Shown here piece by piece: positions 50,860-63,368 of a stretch of 64,000 nucleotides of DNA. A program made the position numbers and the translations under genes. The stretch is taken from the NCBI RefSeq assembly GCF_030684315.1, contig NC_081396.1, positions 1,550,001-1,614,000 of the forward strand, in the 5' to 3' direction. The notes below the pieces were generated by a model. It had not been told where the DNA came from. It did no database searches and saw only the letters and a list, made by a program, of their open reading frames with translations. How positions within the stretch are numbered: the stretch's first letter is position 1; every line of letters begins with the position of its first letter. The DNA is from Stegostoma tigrinum. Its lineage: Eukaryota.

Positions 50860-52115
50860 TCCTGTTGATCTGAAGCAGAAAGATCTACAATTTATCAGCC
50901 TACCCGGTAGAGCTACCACAGCTGTGATGAATAAATGTGGTACGCTGGGCAACATCGTTGCAGAGAGATCACGCTGAAGTTGAACTGAGTGAGTCTAAGC
51001 TGAAATAGATTTCGTCAGTAGTTGGAAAAAATGAAGAGTAATTTCCAGATCTCTGACCATTGGTTCATTGTTGCCAAAGACATCTGGTGCCAGCCAATGT
51101 ACTTCGATCTCTTTTGCCCTTCAAATCAACCAACCACCTTGAGTCTCCTTTCAACTCCACTTGAAACAACAGCAACAAAAAGGAAATAAAAATGAAGTCA
51201 TTCATCAGACAACAGGGTTTTCTGCAGATATTAAACAAATGTTGATATGATACAGTTTATTCCAGTAGGCAAAGTCAGGGAAGAGACACAGTTTATATTT
51301 TCGAATCTGAGTCGGAGATCTATAGTTAACAGAATATTTGTCTGAAAACGAGAACTTCGTCCAGTCCATGCATTGTGACAGTGGGTTGGAGCGATATGAA
51401 AACAGTGATGAGATGAATAAGTGCTATTTTTATTTCAATTGCTTAAATGATACTGGACATTAGTGTTATTGCTGCATTTGCCGGTTAGATTCATAGCAAA
51501 CACAAGTTTCTTTTTTTTTAGTTTTAGTTTGTAACATAACAAAAGTAATGATTCTAAAACAGATACGCTGCAATGCCTGAAGGAGACAGTTCACTGCCAC
51601 ATATTCAAGGAGTATCAGAGATAGATGGCAGCATTGCCATCTATACCCAAACACTGTTTATTAAATTTTTAAGTGGAATCCAGGGGACTGTTTCTCTCAT
51701 TGTTTCATTCTGAATGGCGAGGGAGCAAACATGTGCACTAACACAAATCCTGACAAACGAGAATGTACTTCGTCAAGTTTACAAATGACAAAAAAAATCG
51801 AAAGGCGAGTGCTGAAGATGGTTCAAACAGCCTGCGAGAAGGGAAGGATGTAAATAGTTTAAGTGAGTGGGATTACAGCGTCCTCTGGCGAATCTAGGAG
51901 CATTGCATCACACGTCAACGAAAGCATGAGATTCTGGATTAATATCGAATAATATGCTTTTACGAAACGTTCGTGGAGACAATTGAAATAAGTAAATGTT
52001 TGTGAAATGTTAATGATGTTAAAAATTTTGTTCTTCTTCCGTTGTGGTTTATGGCTTATGTCAATAAACACTATAATAACCAGTGACGCCCTGATCCCAT
52101 GAATGAATTTAAATT
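50860..52115 (+). repeat. Second segmental duplicate, copy 1 (paralogous to 61495-62733)
   Basis: Shared anchors aatgaagtcattcatcag (51191 and 61801), ctgcaatgcctgaaggagacag, cacaaatcctg.caaacgagaatgtacttcgt and atggcttatgtcaataaa. Confidence 0.9.
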
Positions 52116-53503
52116 AAAAATGCCATCTAGGTAGATTTTAAAACGTTTTATTGAACATTTGCAACTGTGGGAGATGCTGGCATATCAATAATTTGTGAGA
52201 CTACTAATCCAGAAGTTAACCAATGTTCTGGGAACATTGGTTCCAACCCTGCCGAGCTCATGGTGTAAATTGAATTGACTAAAATAAAACGCCTCGAAAT
52301 AAGAATCCTACTGACCATGATACCATTTGCGATTGCTTTCTGCCTCATTAATGTAGTTCAAGGACCTAAATGTTCTTTCTTCACCTGTTCTCGCTTCCAT
52401 TCAAATCCAGACTGATAGCTGTGGCAGAGCAAGTTATAGCAACTTATGACGATGCTGTCATTTCTAAAATAAACTAAATTTCTCCCGAATTTGTTTGCAG
52501 AGCGGTTGTAAAAGTACAGGTACAGAAGTGGCTATGGGAGACCCCCAAGTAAATAATCAGAGGAGGTCTTCAGTTTCATTTTTAAGTAGTTGTGACAATG
52601 AAAGGGAAGCGGCCAGTTCTCACAGATGAGGTGTTCTAGATTTTTAAAATTTTATTTTGCATGCAGCAGTCAATAGTTTTCTTTGCCCCAGAAGAGTTGG
52701 AGTTTCAGTAAAAACGATTTCTAGTTGCTACATTGTCTGAAAAGTCTCTTGCTATGTTTCACCCCTGGATTGAAGAGTTGCCTGTGTGATTCTGTGTCTG
52801 AGTTTACCTTTTTGCCAAGGAGTATGTTTATGCGACGTCACTATATTGGAACAAATGCTAAATAATAGGTACTAAGAATTGTCCAGTTAAATTTCCCAGT
52901 CTTTACATTATTCTAAATTCTGCTCTCTTTCATTTAAAAAAAAAAATAACTGTTTAAGTAAATTGTTTCCCAGAAGGTCGAGCAATTTGGCCAGTTGCAT
53001 CATATCTGGACCACATACCTCACATCTACCTTTAAAATAAGACAGACTTAGGGCTTAGACTACCGTTTTAAAATATTTTGAACTCGTCTGATATTTCCCA
53101 ATATAGACCTCTGCGGGACATAAACAAGTAAGTGAAACTAGACCGACCAAACTGTGTCCTAGGCACCAGAACAACTGCAGAAACAGTCATCTGGATCCGA
53201 AAGAGCTGTCCCATCTAATGACAGTGAGGCTAGTGGCAATATCTGGAGAGGTGTTTCATAAGTAAGTCAAGCAACAGAATGAAATAATGATACCTATGGA
53301 GACATTCCTGATAGACAACGCCCCAGATAGCAACATCACCAACCCCACAAACAGATAGACCTACCTGAGGTCTACTTTCGGGAGTGAGTTGCTTTCAGAG
53401 TTCTGAAACCAAACCACAGCTTCAGGGGTTAAACAAGGTTGAAAAAGTCACTCGCCTATTAATCTGGAACATTCTCCCAAGGGTGATGGTTAGGTCTCCG
53501 CTG

Positions 53504-53651
53504 NNNNNNNNNNNNNNNNNNNNNNNNNNNNNNNNNNNNNNNNNNNNNNNNNNNNNNNNNNNNNNNNNNNNNNNNNNNNNNNNNNNNNNNNNNNNNNNNN
53601 NNNNNNNNNNNNNNNNNNNNNNNNNNNNNNNNNNNNNNNNNNNNNNNNNNN
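53504..53651. other. Assembly gap
   Basis: Run of N. Confidence 1.
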
Positions 53652-53922
53652 CCGTGTCGATGTGGTTGTCATAAGTTGTTCTTCTGCTCACAGGATGGTG
53701 TACTCTGATCTTTTAAGTTAAACAGAAAGTGATTTTTCCGAAGGAAATGATTTGGGCGAAGTGCTGAAATCCAATCTTATTGCGTAACATCACCAAACTG
53801 TTTCAATTTCTCCAATTTCAGATCAAAGACGGACTATGGTGATTGCCAATCCTATTGCGAGACAAACATCTTTTGTTTTCAATCTGTCTTTGATCCGTTG
53901 TGTATCTACTTTACAATTTCAG

Positions 53923-54231
53923 AGATGGATAATGGGAAACTAGTGATCATCCAGCAAAAGAATGAAGAAATAAGGATGAACATTTAAAAAAAACCACATT
54001 TACTTGGTACGTGCTGAAGTTGCAAATTATGACCTGTTGTGTTATCACCAGTGTCGAGACGTTGTGTTCAGATCTGATAATGATGGACATAACTGTATGA
54101 CACCAATCTTTCAGCATTTACATGAGAATTTCAACCCTGCAGCAGGGACTTTCCGCTTGTTCATGAAATACTTGAATCAAACAAACACCTCCCTATATCA
54201 CATGAGAGTCAAAATGATGAGAATCACAATG
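53923..54231 (+). pseudogene. Possible decayed V segment of a different (delta-like?) family
   Basis: Acceptor tttacaatttcag; LVIIQQKNEEIR...TTFT...VANYDLLCYHQ...NFNPAAGTFRLFMKYLNQTNTSLYH. Heptamer CACAATG at 54225-54231 after a 302-nt exon-sized interval; no nonamer. Confidence 0.45.
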
Positions 54232-54504
54232 AATGATCTTCCCTAGTGCCTTATGTGAACGTTGCCGCCCTCAAACATCACAGGCCCATACCAGAGAAAG
54301 AAATAACGAGGGATTGAGTTCCAGTGAAAGTAAATATGAAAGAATATGGTAATACAACCAGAACCTAGCGGTTTTCAGTCCTTCTGACCGCTGGTTGCCA
54401 CTGAAGTGATGTAACAAAGTGGGATCAGTTTAATCTTTGATGATTTTTAGACATTTCTGGAGACATTAACACACGAATGTGAAGAAGGAGCGGTTTAAGT
54501 TGCG

Positions 54505-56180
54505 AGATAACACGGTGTGAAGCTGAATGAACACAGCAGGCCAAGCAGCATAAGAAGAACAGGAATGTTTGACATTTCTGGTCGGGACCCTTGTTCAGAA
54601 ATGGGGGAGGGGAAAGGGATTCTACAATTAGTCGCGAGACTGGGAAGGCAGACAGTAGATCAATAAAGGATAAGATAAAGTGAGAGAAGACAGACAGGTC
54701 AAAAGGGCAGGGTTCGAGCCAGTGAAAGTGAATGTAGGTGGGATTCAGGGAGCGGATAGATCAGTCCAGGGAGGAAAGACAGTTCAAGGGATTGGATGAG
54801 GTTAGTGGGTAGGAGATTGGGGTGGGGCTTGAGGTAGAAGGAAGGGTTAGGGAAGCAGGGACTTGCTGGTCTGGCTTTGGCATGTGGTCAGGGGAGGAGA
54901 GATTTTGAAGCTTGTGAAGCCCACATTGATACCATTGGCTGCAGGTTTCCCAAGCGAAAAACGAAATGCTGTTCCTGCATCTTTCAGGTAACGTCATTGT
55001 AGCAATGTAGGAGGTCCAGGATGGACATGTCGTCCGAAGATTCGGGGTGGTGGTGGGGGAATTGAAATGGTTAGCGACTGAAAGGTGTAGTTGTTTGTTG
55101 TGAATTGAGGGTACGTGTTCCTCAAGGCGTTCCCCAAGCCTCCGTTTGGTTTCCTTGATGTAGAGGAGGCCACAATGGGAACAGCAGATACAGTATATCA
55201 CATGAAGAGATGTGCAGGTGAACATCTGTTTGATGTGAGAAGTCTTTGAGGGACTGGGAAGGGGTTGAGGGGGAATGTATACAGGCAGGTGTAGCACATG
55301 CTTTGGGTGCAGGGAAACGTGCCAGGTGCGATGGGGCTGGAGGAGAGTGTGGAGTGGACAAGGAAGTCATGGAGAGAGTGGTCCCTCTGGAAAACACAGA
55401 GGGTGGAGAGGGAAAAACGTTTTTGGTTTGGGGTCAGATTGCAGATGGTGGAATTGTCAAAGGATGTTGCGTTGGGTTTCGAGGTTGGTGGGGTGGTACG
55501 TGAGGACGAGGAGGATTCTGTTTTGGTATTATTGCTGATAGACCATGTGAGGGATGAGTTGTGGGAAATGTGGGAAACATGGTCGAGGGCATTTTCAATC
55601 ACTGTGGAGGGGAAGTTGCCTATTTTGAAAAAAAAAGAGGGCGTCTGGGATGTTCAAGCGTGGAATGCCTCATCTAGGAAGCAGATGCGGCAGGGCAAAG
55701 GAATTGGGAATAGGGGATGGCCTTTTTACAGGAAGGTGGGTGAGAGGAGGAATATTCGAGATAGTTGTGGGATTTGGTAGGCTTAAATGGATATTGGCTT
55801 CCATGTGGATGCCAGAGATGGAGACAAGTAGGTCCATGAAGGAGAGACTGGTGTCAGAGATGGCCCAGGTAAACTTAAGGTTAGGATGGAAGGTGTAAGT
55901 GAAGTTGATGAAGTGTTTGAGCTCATCGTGGGAACACGAGGCGGCACTGAAGTATTCATCAAGGTAATGGAGGAAGAGATGGGGGATAGGGCCAGCATAG
56001 CTTTGGAAGAGGGATTGTTCTACATACTCGACAAAAAGGCAGGCATAGCTTGAGATCATGTGGGTACCCATGGCCACCCGCTTTGTCTGTAGGAAGTGGG
56101 AGGAATTAAAGGAGATGTTGTTGAGTGTGAGGATGAGTTTGGAAAAGCGGATGAGGGTGTCAGTAGAGGCGGACTGGTGT
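54505..56180 (-). mobile_element. Penelope-like element (RT 3' part and GIY-YIG), decayed
   Basis: MAMGTHMISSYACLFV...HYLDEYF...FHPNLKFT...LSFMDL; VIYCICCSHCGLLYIKETKRRLGER. Confidence 0.9.
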
Positions 56181-57189
56181 TTTTTTGTGAACAGGTCAGT
56201 GTCTTGTCATTGCATCAATATCGTCAGGGTTTCTGAAAACGAGCCTAACACACAGACCAAGAAGACTTAGACGGAGACGTACAGCCAAGATTGCACAGGG
56301 CACAGGATAGATGGAATCGGCTGTATTTGAGGCTGTAAAGCCCATTATACATTCAAATAATTTGGTAAATAAGTGGTTCATGAACCTACAGATGGGTGTG
56401 TTAAGGTTTCTTTATCTTCTGCCCGATGGAAAAGTTAATAAACGATTGCCACAGTGAGGGTATGATAGGTTTTCAATTATTTTCTAGAGATAATACCACG
56501 AAACTATCACCTCTGGAAAAACTTGCTGACACAAAACTTTAAGACAGATAAACACATCAGCAGAAAGCCAATAAAATAGAGTAGAGTAAACAGTCACTAG
56601 TGCTGCACCTATTAAACGGTATTCAACATGTTGATATATCTCAAGTCAACCCTCTTCAATAAAATGTTTAGGGAGTCTAAGATTGTTTGCAACTTGCACG
56701 CCGCCTCTGCCTTCCACCCCAATTCCACTCACTTTGACCCATGACAGCAGTATTTCTGTCTGAGTTGCGCGCTGATTACTGTCCCTGTGTCTCTCCTGCG
56801 AAGGGAAAAACCCAGAATGTATGTGCAAAGCCCTGAGAAGACCTTTGTATTGCGGGATCAAAACAGTTGGTGACTTATTATGTCTTGACCGCACAACTGA
56901 AAGGAATACAGATCAGCTATTTTGACCTGATGACTAAAGTTAAAAGTCACAGAGTCGCCTCCAAACTGTTTTACTGTCACAGGTTCCTAGAATACGGGGG
57001 TCTGCACAGTTATTCCCTGAAAAAAAAGAACAAAAGGGAAATTGAGGCATACATTATCACTTTGTTCAAATCACAGCATCAAGGGAATCGAATGTATTGT
57101 AAATAGACAGAAAACAATTATTCTTTCTGTTTTTTTAAATGACCTTGTCAATACTTAGTTAATTGATGAAATTATAAGTAAAAGGAAAT

Positions 57190-57485
57190 CATATAAAACC
57201 TATTGTGTGGAAACAGGCCGTTTGTTACCATAAGTCCACAAAGACTCTCAGAACACCCCACCCAGACTCATCCCACTAAAAGCTACAGGTCATTTAGCAC
57301 AGCTCATTCATCTAAGATACACATCGTTGGATTGTGGGAGAAAACCGAAGGTCCTGGAAGAATCCAGCACAGATCTGGGAAGAATGTGTAAAATCTACAC
57401 AGATAGATATAGAACAGTGAAATTTTATCCGGATTCATAGCACAGCGAGGAGATAAAGCTAGCCACTGGTCCACCGCGCCCCCCA
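57190..57485 (-). mobile_element. tRNA-derived SINE (HE1-like), decayed
   Basis: Minus strand ggggcgcggtggaccagtggctagc...gtagattttacacattcttccc...tcccacaatccaacgatgtg. Confidence 0.75.
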
Positions 57486-58243
57486 GCGTGAATATGTTTG
57501 TCATTAATGTAGAAAAAGTAACAGGCAACTTGATTGTTGAGCTAATGATCGCCATACACAGAGAGAGTTGAAGAAAATTGCTTCAACTCAGAACTGAGGA
57601 AGGCTTGAAGTGAAAGAGAAAAATCTTAAATATTTCAGCTCAGATTTGAGGAAATGTTTGCCATATCTAGCCTTTCTGCAAATTTGTTCATTTCTGACAG
57701 AGTCACCAGGTGACTCTAATTACTTCACCTACTTCCATCCAAGGCCTTATCGAGATGATCAACACAACAGTAAGAATAGGATATAATGCAGAACATTTGG
57801 TCCTTCAAACTTGTCCTTCTATTCAACCAGGATGATGTGCCTCACAACGACTTTCCTGCACTATCCCCAAATCCATTATTTTCATTTGTGACCACTTAAT
57901 TAGCGACATCGGTTTGCAATGTTCTTGCCAGCCAAGCAACCCCTAATATTTGGTGTAAAAATTAGTATTAGAACAAGCGATATTTCCTGTCCTGAACAGT
58001 TAGCACGAGGTAGTCTTTGAATTTGTTTAGTTATAGGTAATGGATAACGTTGTTTCTTTTTGACTCAGTGCCAGAGTCTAACGTGAAAAGTGTTGCTCAC
58101 TGACAACAAGTGATGCACACAAACACGATAAGGAACGACTTTGTATCGAGCGATCAATATTCTGCACCAAAGGAAAAAAAGAACAGCTTTCATGCAGTGT
58201 TATTTTTAATGTTGTTTTGTTTCTATTTACAATTCGTCATGTG

Positions 58244-58636
58244 GATTGCAGTGCATCGTAGAAGATGGTGAAATGAGAGGCAAAATATCTAGCGAGATTT
58301 AAATGAATAATTTTTGTTTCTCTTTCTCAAATGTGAAGAAAATCATTCAGGCAAATCTGAACGCCAGTGCCCCTCATCCTTGTCTGACCACCTCAGTCAC
58401 TATCTCCGATAAACGAGAAGAGTATTTCATCAACTCATGTTAAATACTGCAGTCTGTCCTTCCTAAACCGATCATTGAGGTGGATCTTGGCAAACTTAAT
58501 TTTCAATATTCATCCCTGGAACAAACACACAGAGTATATGACTAATTAGAATCATTGCATCACACATTGATATTTTTCGGTCAGATTCATCTGGTAGCAC
58601 AACTAATATTGTCGGTAATGTACAGAGGGAACACGT
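58244..58636 (-). pseudogene. TCR V pseudogene, duplicate of 19458-19855
   Basis: Leader 58636-58591 (ATG>ACG, donor GT>AT), 75-nt intron. Exon GMNIEN*VCQDPPQ*SV*EGQTAVFN...DKDEGHWRSDLPE*FSSHLRKEKQKLFI*I...ASHFTIFYDALQ. Heptamer CACATGA. Confidence 0.8.
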
Positions 58637-59820
58637 GATATCAGATTCGATAGCAAAAACAAAACATAACTTTGTAAAATGTGTCTGGTTTTCTCGGCTG
58701 ATGTCAGTGATTGAGCTCAGAACCTAGACAGGTTTAATCAATTGAGCAACTGAAAGGCATTTGCTCGTGCTTCATTTGGCTGGATTATCAGGTTAACCGA
58801 TACCAGTGGATGATTCAAAATAAGTTGGATGCTAAAATACACCGGAATGGCTTGCTTCTATTTTTGTTCCTGACATCTTTCTCACCGCAGTTAAATGTTT
58901 TACATATTTAGGAATCTAGCCACTTCTTGACTTTCACGTGCCACTTTTATTTGAAGTTGACTCGAAAAGCGGAAACGGAAATCATTCTCTCTAATTGAGA
59001 CAAAAAGACAACTATTTTAAGATTACTCTCATATGAACCTAACCAATCAACACTGTGCTGAATATACACAATGAATGCATACTGTATGATAAAGTCCATC
59101 AAGGAAATGATTAATTGTCTGCCAATACACTTGAGATTAGATAATGTCTAGAAATTGTCACTTGATTGATAGGCACAGTATTCACAAAATACAGAAATGT
59201 AAATTGATATATGCATTTGCTTCGTGCAAGTGAAAAAGTTCATACGGAGCAAGAAAGCAGATCATTTGGTCATGCCATCCTGCTTTGCCACTTAAGAAGA
59301 TCCTAAGTAACTTGTCTGCGACATGAAAACCACTTATATACAAATGCCATAATATTTTATTTAGGTTGCAGATCAAAATTTTGTCTAACTCATCCGTGAA
59401 TGCATTAATGACAAAGCCTCTGCTGATTTCTATGAATTCGGCTTATAAAAGACTCAAGATCAGCTAAAACAAAGTTCGCCTCGTAACACCAATTTAGCTG
59501 GTAGCTCAATTGATTTCAAAATTGTTCACAAAGGCCCTGAAAAGTGAAAACGTCTTCAAAACAGATGTTTGGTCATGACCATTCAGAATATTTCATGTTT
59601 CAGCCAGACGATCAATCATTCTTCTCACGGTTTCCTAATGGGTCATGAAACATATGAATTGAATCCAGAATTGTAGTGACAGTCAGTTGTTACAAATTTA
59701 CCACAAATACCTAAATTGACTTGAAGGTAGAAGGGTTGGTGGTACCACAGCGTTGATATTCAGCCTAGAGGCTTGTGAATAGTGGTATGTCACAGGGGTA
59801 TTTCTTGGACGAATGCTGCA

Positions 59821-60900
59821 ACAAAGAACGTAGAATGTAGAATATAGAACAGTACAGGCTCTTTGGCCCACGATGTAGTGCTGACCAATTATCCTTCTCC
59901 ATGATCAAATGACGATGCATATCCTACATTTTACTGTCATCCATGTGTGTGTCCAAGAATTGCTTAAATGTCTATGATGCATCCGACTCCACCACCACTG
60001 CTGGCTGCGCATTCCAGGCAACGACTACTCTCAGTGCAAAGAACCTACTTCTGACATCTCCATTATACCATTCTCCAACCACCTGAAAATTATGCCTCCT
60101 CCAAATAGCCATTTATACCCTATGGAAAATAAATGTATCTGGCAATCCAAAATATGTATGCCTCGCATAATCTTGTACAACTCCATGATGTCACCTCATG
60201 CTTCTTTGCGCCAAAGAGAGACGCCTAAGCTCCGTCAAATTTTCTTTATAAAAATTACCCTGCAACCCGACCAACGTCCTGATAAATCTTCTCTGCACCC
60301 TCTCCGATATTTCCACATATTTCTGATCATGAGGCGACCAGTGCTGAACACATTATTCTAAGAGTGGTCTAACAAGAATTTTATAGAGCTGCAGTATAAC
60401 CTCACCCTTAAACTCAATGCCCCACCAATGAAAGCCGCGCACAATGCGGCTTCTTAACAGTCCTATCAGTCTGGGGAGTAACTTTGAGGGATCCATGAAG
60501 TGGACCCAAAGATCCCTCTGTTCCTCCACACTGCCGTAATCCAGCCATTAAGCCCCCAATCTGCATTCAAATTCGGCCTTCCAAAATGAATCACTTCACA
60601 CTCTTCTGGGTTGACATCTTTGCCCAGCTTTGCAGCATGTCCATTTCCCGTTACAACACTCTACACTATCCACAACTCAACCAATCTTTGTGTCATCAGC
60701 AAACGTACTAACCCATCCTCCCACTTCCACATCCAAATCATTTATAAAGATCACAAGAGCAGAGCACCTAGAATGGGTCTCGATGAAACATCACTGTTCA
60801 CTGTGCTCCAAGCTGTATACGTTCGATCTACTACTGCCGTTTTTTTTAGAAAGGAAATCCAATTTTGTATCCAGACAGCCAAATTCCATGAATCCCATAA
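59821..60900 (-). mobile_element. Antisense CR1 3' fragment nested in an older CR1
   Basis: Starts with a tagaa-repeat tail and contains gtgtcatcagcaaac (FADDT on minus). It interrupts the CR1 shared with 20975-21605. Confidence 0.8.
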
Positions 60901-61494
60901 CTCCTCATTTATTAATTTGTATCTATATTGATGTCAATGATAATGATGAGAATATGAGGATCATGGTTAGTAAATTTTCAGATAATGCCAAACTAGTTGG
61001 CACAATGAACAGTGCAGAATGTTGACTATAAGGATACAATAATTTGATTGGACTGGCCAAAAGGACCCAGTAGTCGCTGATGGAGTTTAATTTGGTTAAC
61101 TGAAAGATTTGTGTTTTGGTAAAACAATTCGGGACAAGACTTAGAAAGTTAATGGTCGCCCACTGGGCAGTACAATTGAACAGAGTTTTGCAGGCTTGTT
61201 AATCGTTAAGTGGTTTACTGCAGTTCTATGGGGTGGTAAATAAGGCGTTTGGCATGCTTGCCTTCATTGGTCAGACCATTGCATATATGATTTGGAACGA
61301 CCTGTTGCAGTTTTACAGGACACTGGAGAAGCAATTTTTAAAAGACTGCACACCATTCTGGCCACCCTGCTGTACGAAGTGCATTGTTAAACTTGAGAGA
61401 GTACAAAAACAAAATGCGAGAATGTTGCCAGATCTGAAGGGTAGAAAGTGGCTGCTCCAATTTTGATGGAACTGATCGATTAAATATAATTCGA

Positions 61495-62733
61495 ACTCAT
61501 GATCCAAAACAGAAAGATGCACAAGTTATCGACCTATCTGTTAGGGCATCTGCAGCTGTGAGGAATAAATGTAATGGTCCTGGCAACATTGTAAGAGGGA
61601 GCTCACGCTGAATATGAGCTGGGCGAGTCCAAGCTGAATTCGGTTCAATCAATTTTTGGAATTTCCGGGTTTCAAAACATTGTTGCTGAAGGCATTTGAT
61701 GCCAACCAATGAGTTTCGACCTCCTTTGTCCTTCATTTCAGCCAATTAACTTGAGGATCCTATGAACTCCTCTTCGGTCAATCACAGCAAAAAGGACAGA
61801 AATGAAGTCATTCATCAGGCAACATGGTTTTCTGCACAGAATAAACACATGTTGATATTATACATTTATTTCTTTTGCTTGTGGTCAAAATCAAGGAAGG
61901 TATGCAGTTCATATTTTTTCACGTATCAGAGCTGAATTTCTATGGTTAGCAGAACACTTGTCTGATTATGACAGCTCCCTTAACTCGATGAACGGTTACA
62001 GTAGGTCGGAGCGATTTGAACACACTGATGAGACAAATAAAAATTATATTCTCAATTCCTAAAATAGTACAGTAGAATCGTGTTTTGCTGCATTTACTGG
62101 TACGTTTCATGGGAAACACGTTTATTTAGTTTTAGTTTGTTTCATAACAAATGGTATAAGTATATCTGAACAGATACACTGCAATGCCTGAAGGAGACAG
62201 CTCACTGCTACATTTTCAGGAAGTGTTGGATATAGGTGCCAGCATTTCCATCTGTACGCAAACACTATCCATGAAATTTTAAAATAGAATCTATGGAACA
62301 GTTTCTGCCCAGGTGTGAATCTGAATGGCGAGGCAGCAGAGATGCACATTCACACAAATCCTGCCAAACGAGAATGTACTTCGTTAAGTTTTCAGTTGAG
62401 ACAAAAAATAATCAAAAAGCGAGTGGTTAAGACGGCACAGTCGACAAGAAGAAGATGATATAAAGAGTTCAAGTGTTTGGGATTACACCGCGCTTCGGCG
62501 AGAAATCTAGGTACTTTTAACCAATAGGAAATGAACAGTTGAGATGTTGGGATGGTACCAAATAATCTGCTTTTAGGAAACATTTGTTTAGATAACTGTA
62601 TTATGTAACTGTTAATTATTTGTAAATGATGTTAAAAAACAATTTTTTCTTCCTCTGTTGTGATTTATGGCTTATGTCAATAAATGCTGCAATACCCAGT
62701 GATGCTCTGATCCAGGGAATTATTTTTTTTAAA
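61495..62733 (+). repeat. Second segmental duplicate, copy 2
   Basis: See 50860-52115. Confidence 0.9.
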
Positions 62734-62879
62734 GCGTACAAGGAAACTGTAAAATGTGATCAGATACATGAAATGCAGAAAAGAAGAGCCCTGCTGGAAT
62801 GGCACTGAAAACACCAGATTCCACCTTCACTGTATCGTCACTGATGCCTCAAAATGTTGTTGCTGATTTTAAATCCTCA

Positions 62880-63200
62880 GAGCATGAGCTTGTCGACGTT
62901 CTCCATCTCAGCTCCATTTTAGAAGGGAGAGGTGTGTAATTCCTCCTGTCTCCTGAAGCCAATGCCAAGCTCTTCTGTTCTGCTGATGTTGAGGGTCCGG
63001 TTATTATCTTTACACATCACCATCAAGCAGTTTATCTGTCTGTTGAAATGTGCCTCATCATTGTTTGAAATCCAGTTGAAAAAAAACACCTTGGTGTCAT
63101 GAATGACCTTGTAGATGTAGTCAGTACATACATTCATGATGTGCATGAAGTATAATCAGGGCAGAACAAGGATTCTTGCAGGACGCTGTTTTTGAAGATC
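62880..63200 (-). mobile_element. Decayed LINE RT fragment
   Basis: IYKVIHDTKV...ISNNDEAHFNRQINCLMVMCKDNNRTLNISRTEEL. Confidence 0.7.
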
Positions 63201-63333
63201 GCCGGGGAGGACGTTTTATTTTGTATATTCAGGTTTTGTGACATGTGCGTGATGCGATGATGTTGTTCTTGTATCGCTTTGGGATGGGAAATCAATTGAA
63301 TTATTAATCTCAACAGATTGATAGGATATTTCG

Positions 63334-63338
<5 letters not shown>

Positions 63339-63366
<28 letters not shown>
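63339..63366. repeat. (TA)n microsatellite
   Basis: Perfect TA run. Confidence 0.98.

Positions 63367-63368
<2 letters not shown>

Larger units (their letters stand above)
56520..61440 (+). repeat. Segmental duplicate, copy 2 (paralogous to 18225-21605) with two copy-specific insertions
   Basis: Collinear with copy 1 except for a SINE (about 57190-57485) and an antisense CR1 (about 59821-60900). Confidence 0.9.

Noticed and set aside
51621-51644. 10-bp inverted repeat atagatggca/tgccatctat
   Set aside because: It is imperfect in the paralogous copy at about 62231, so it is likely incidental.
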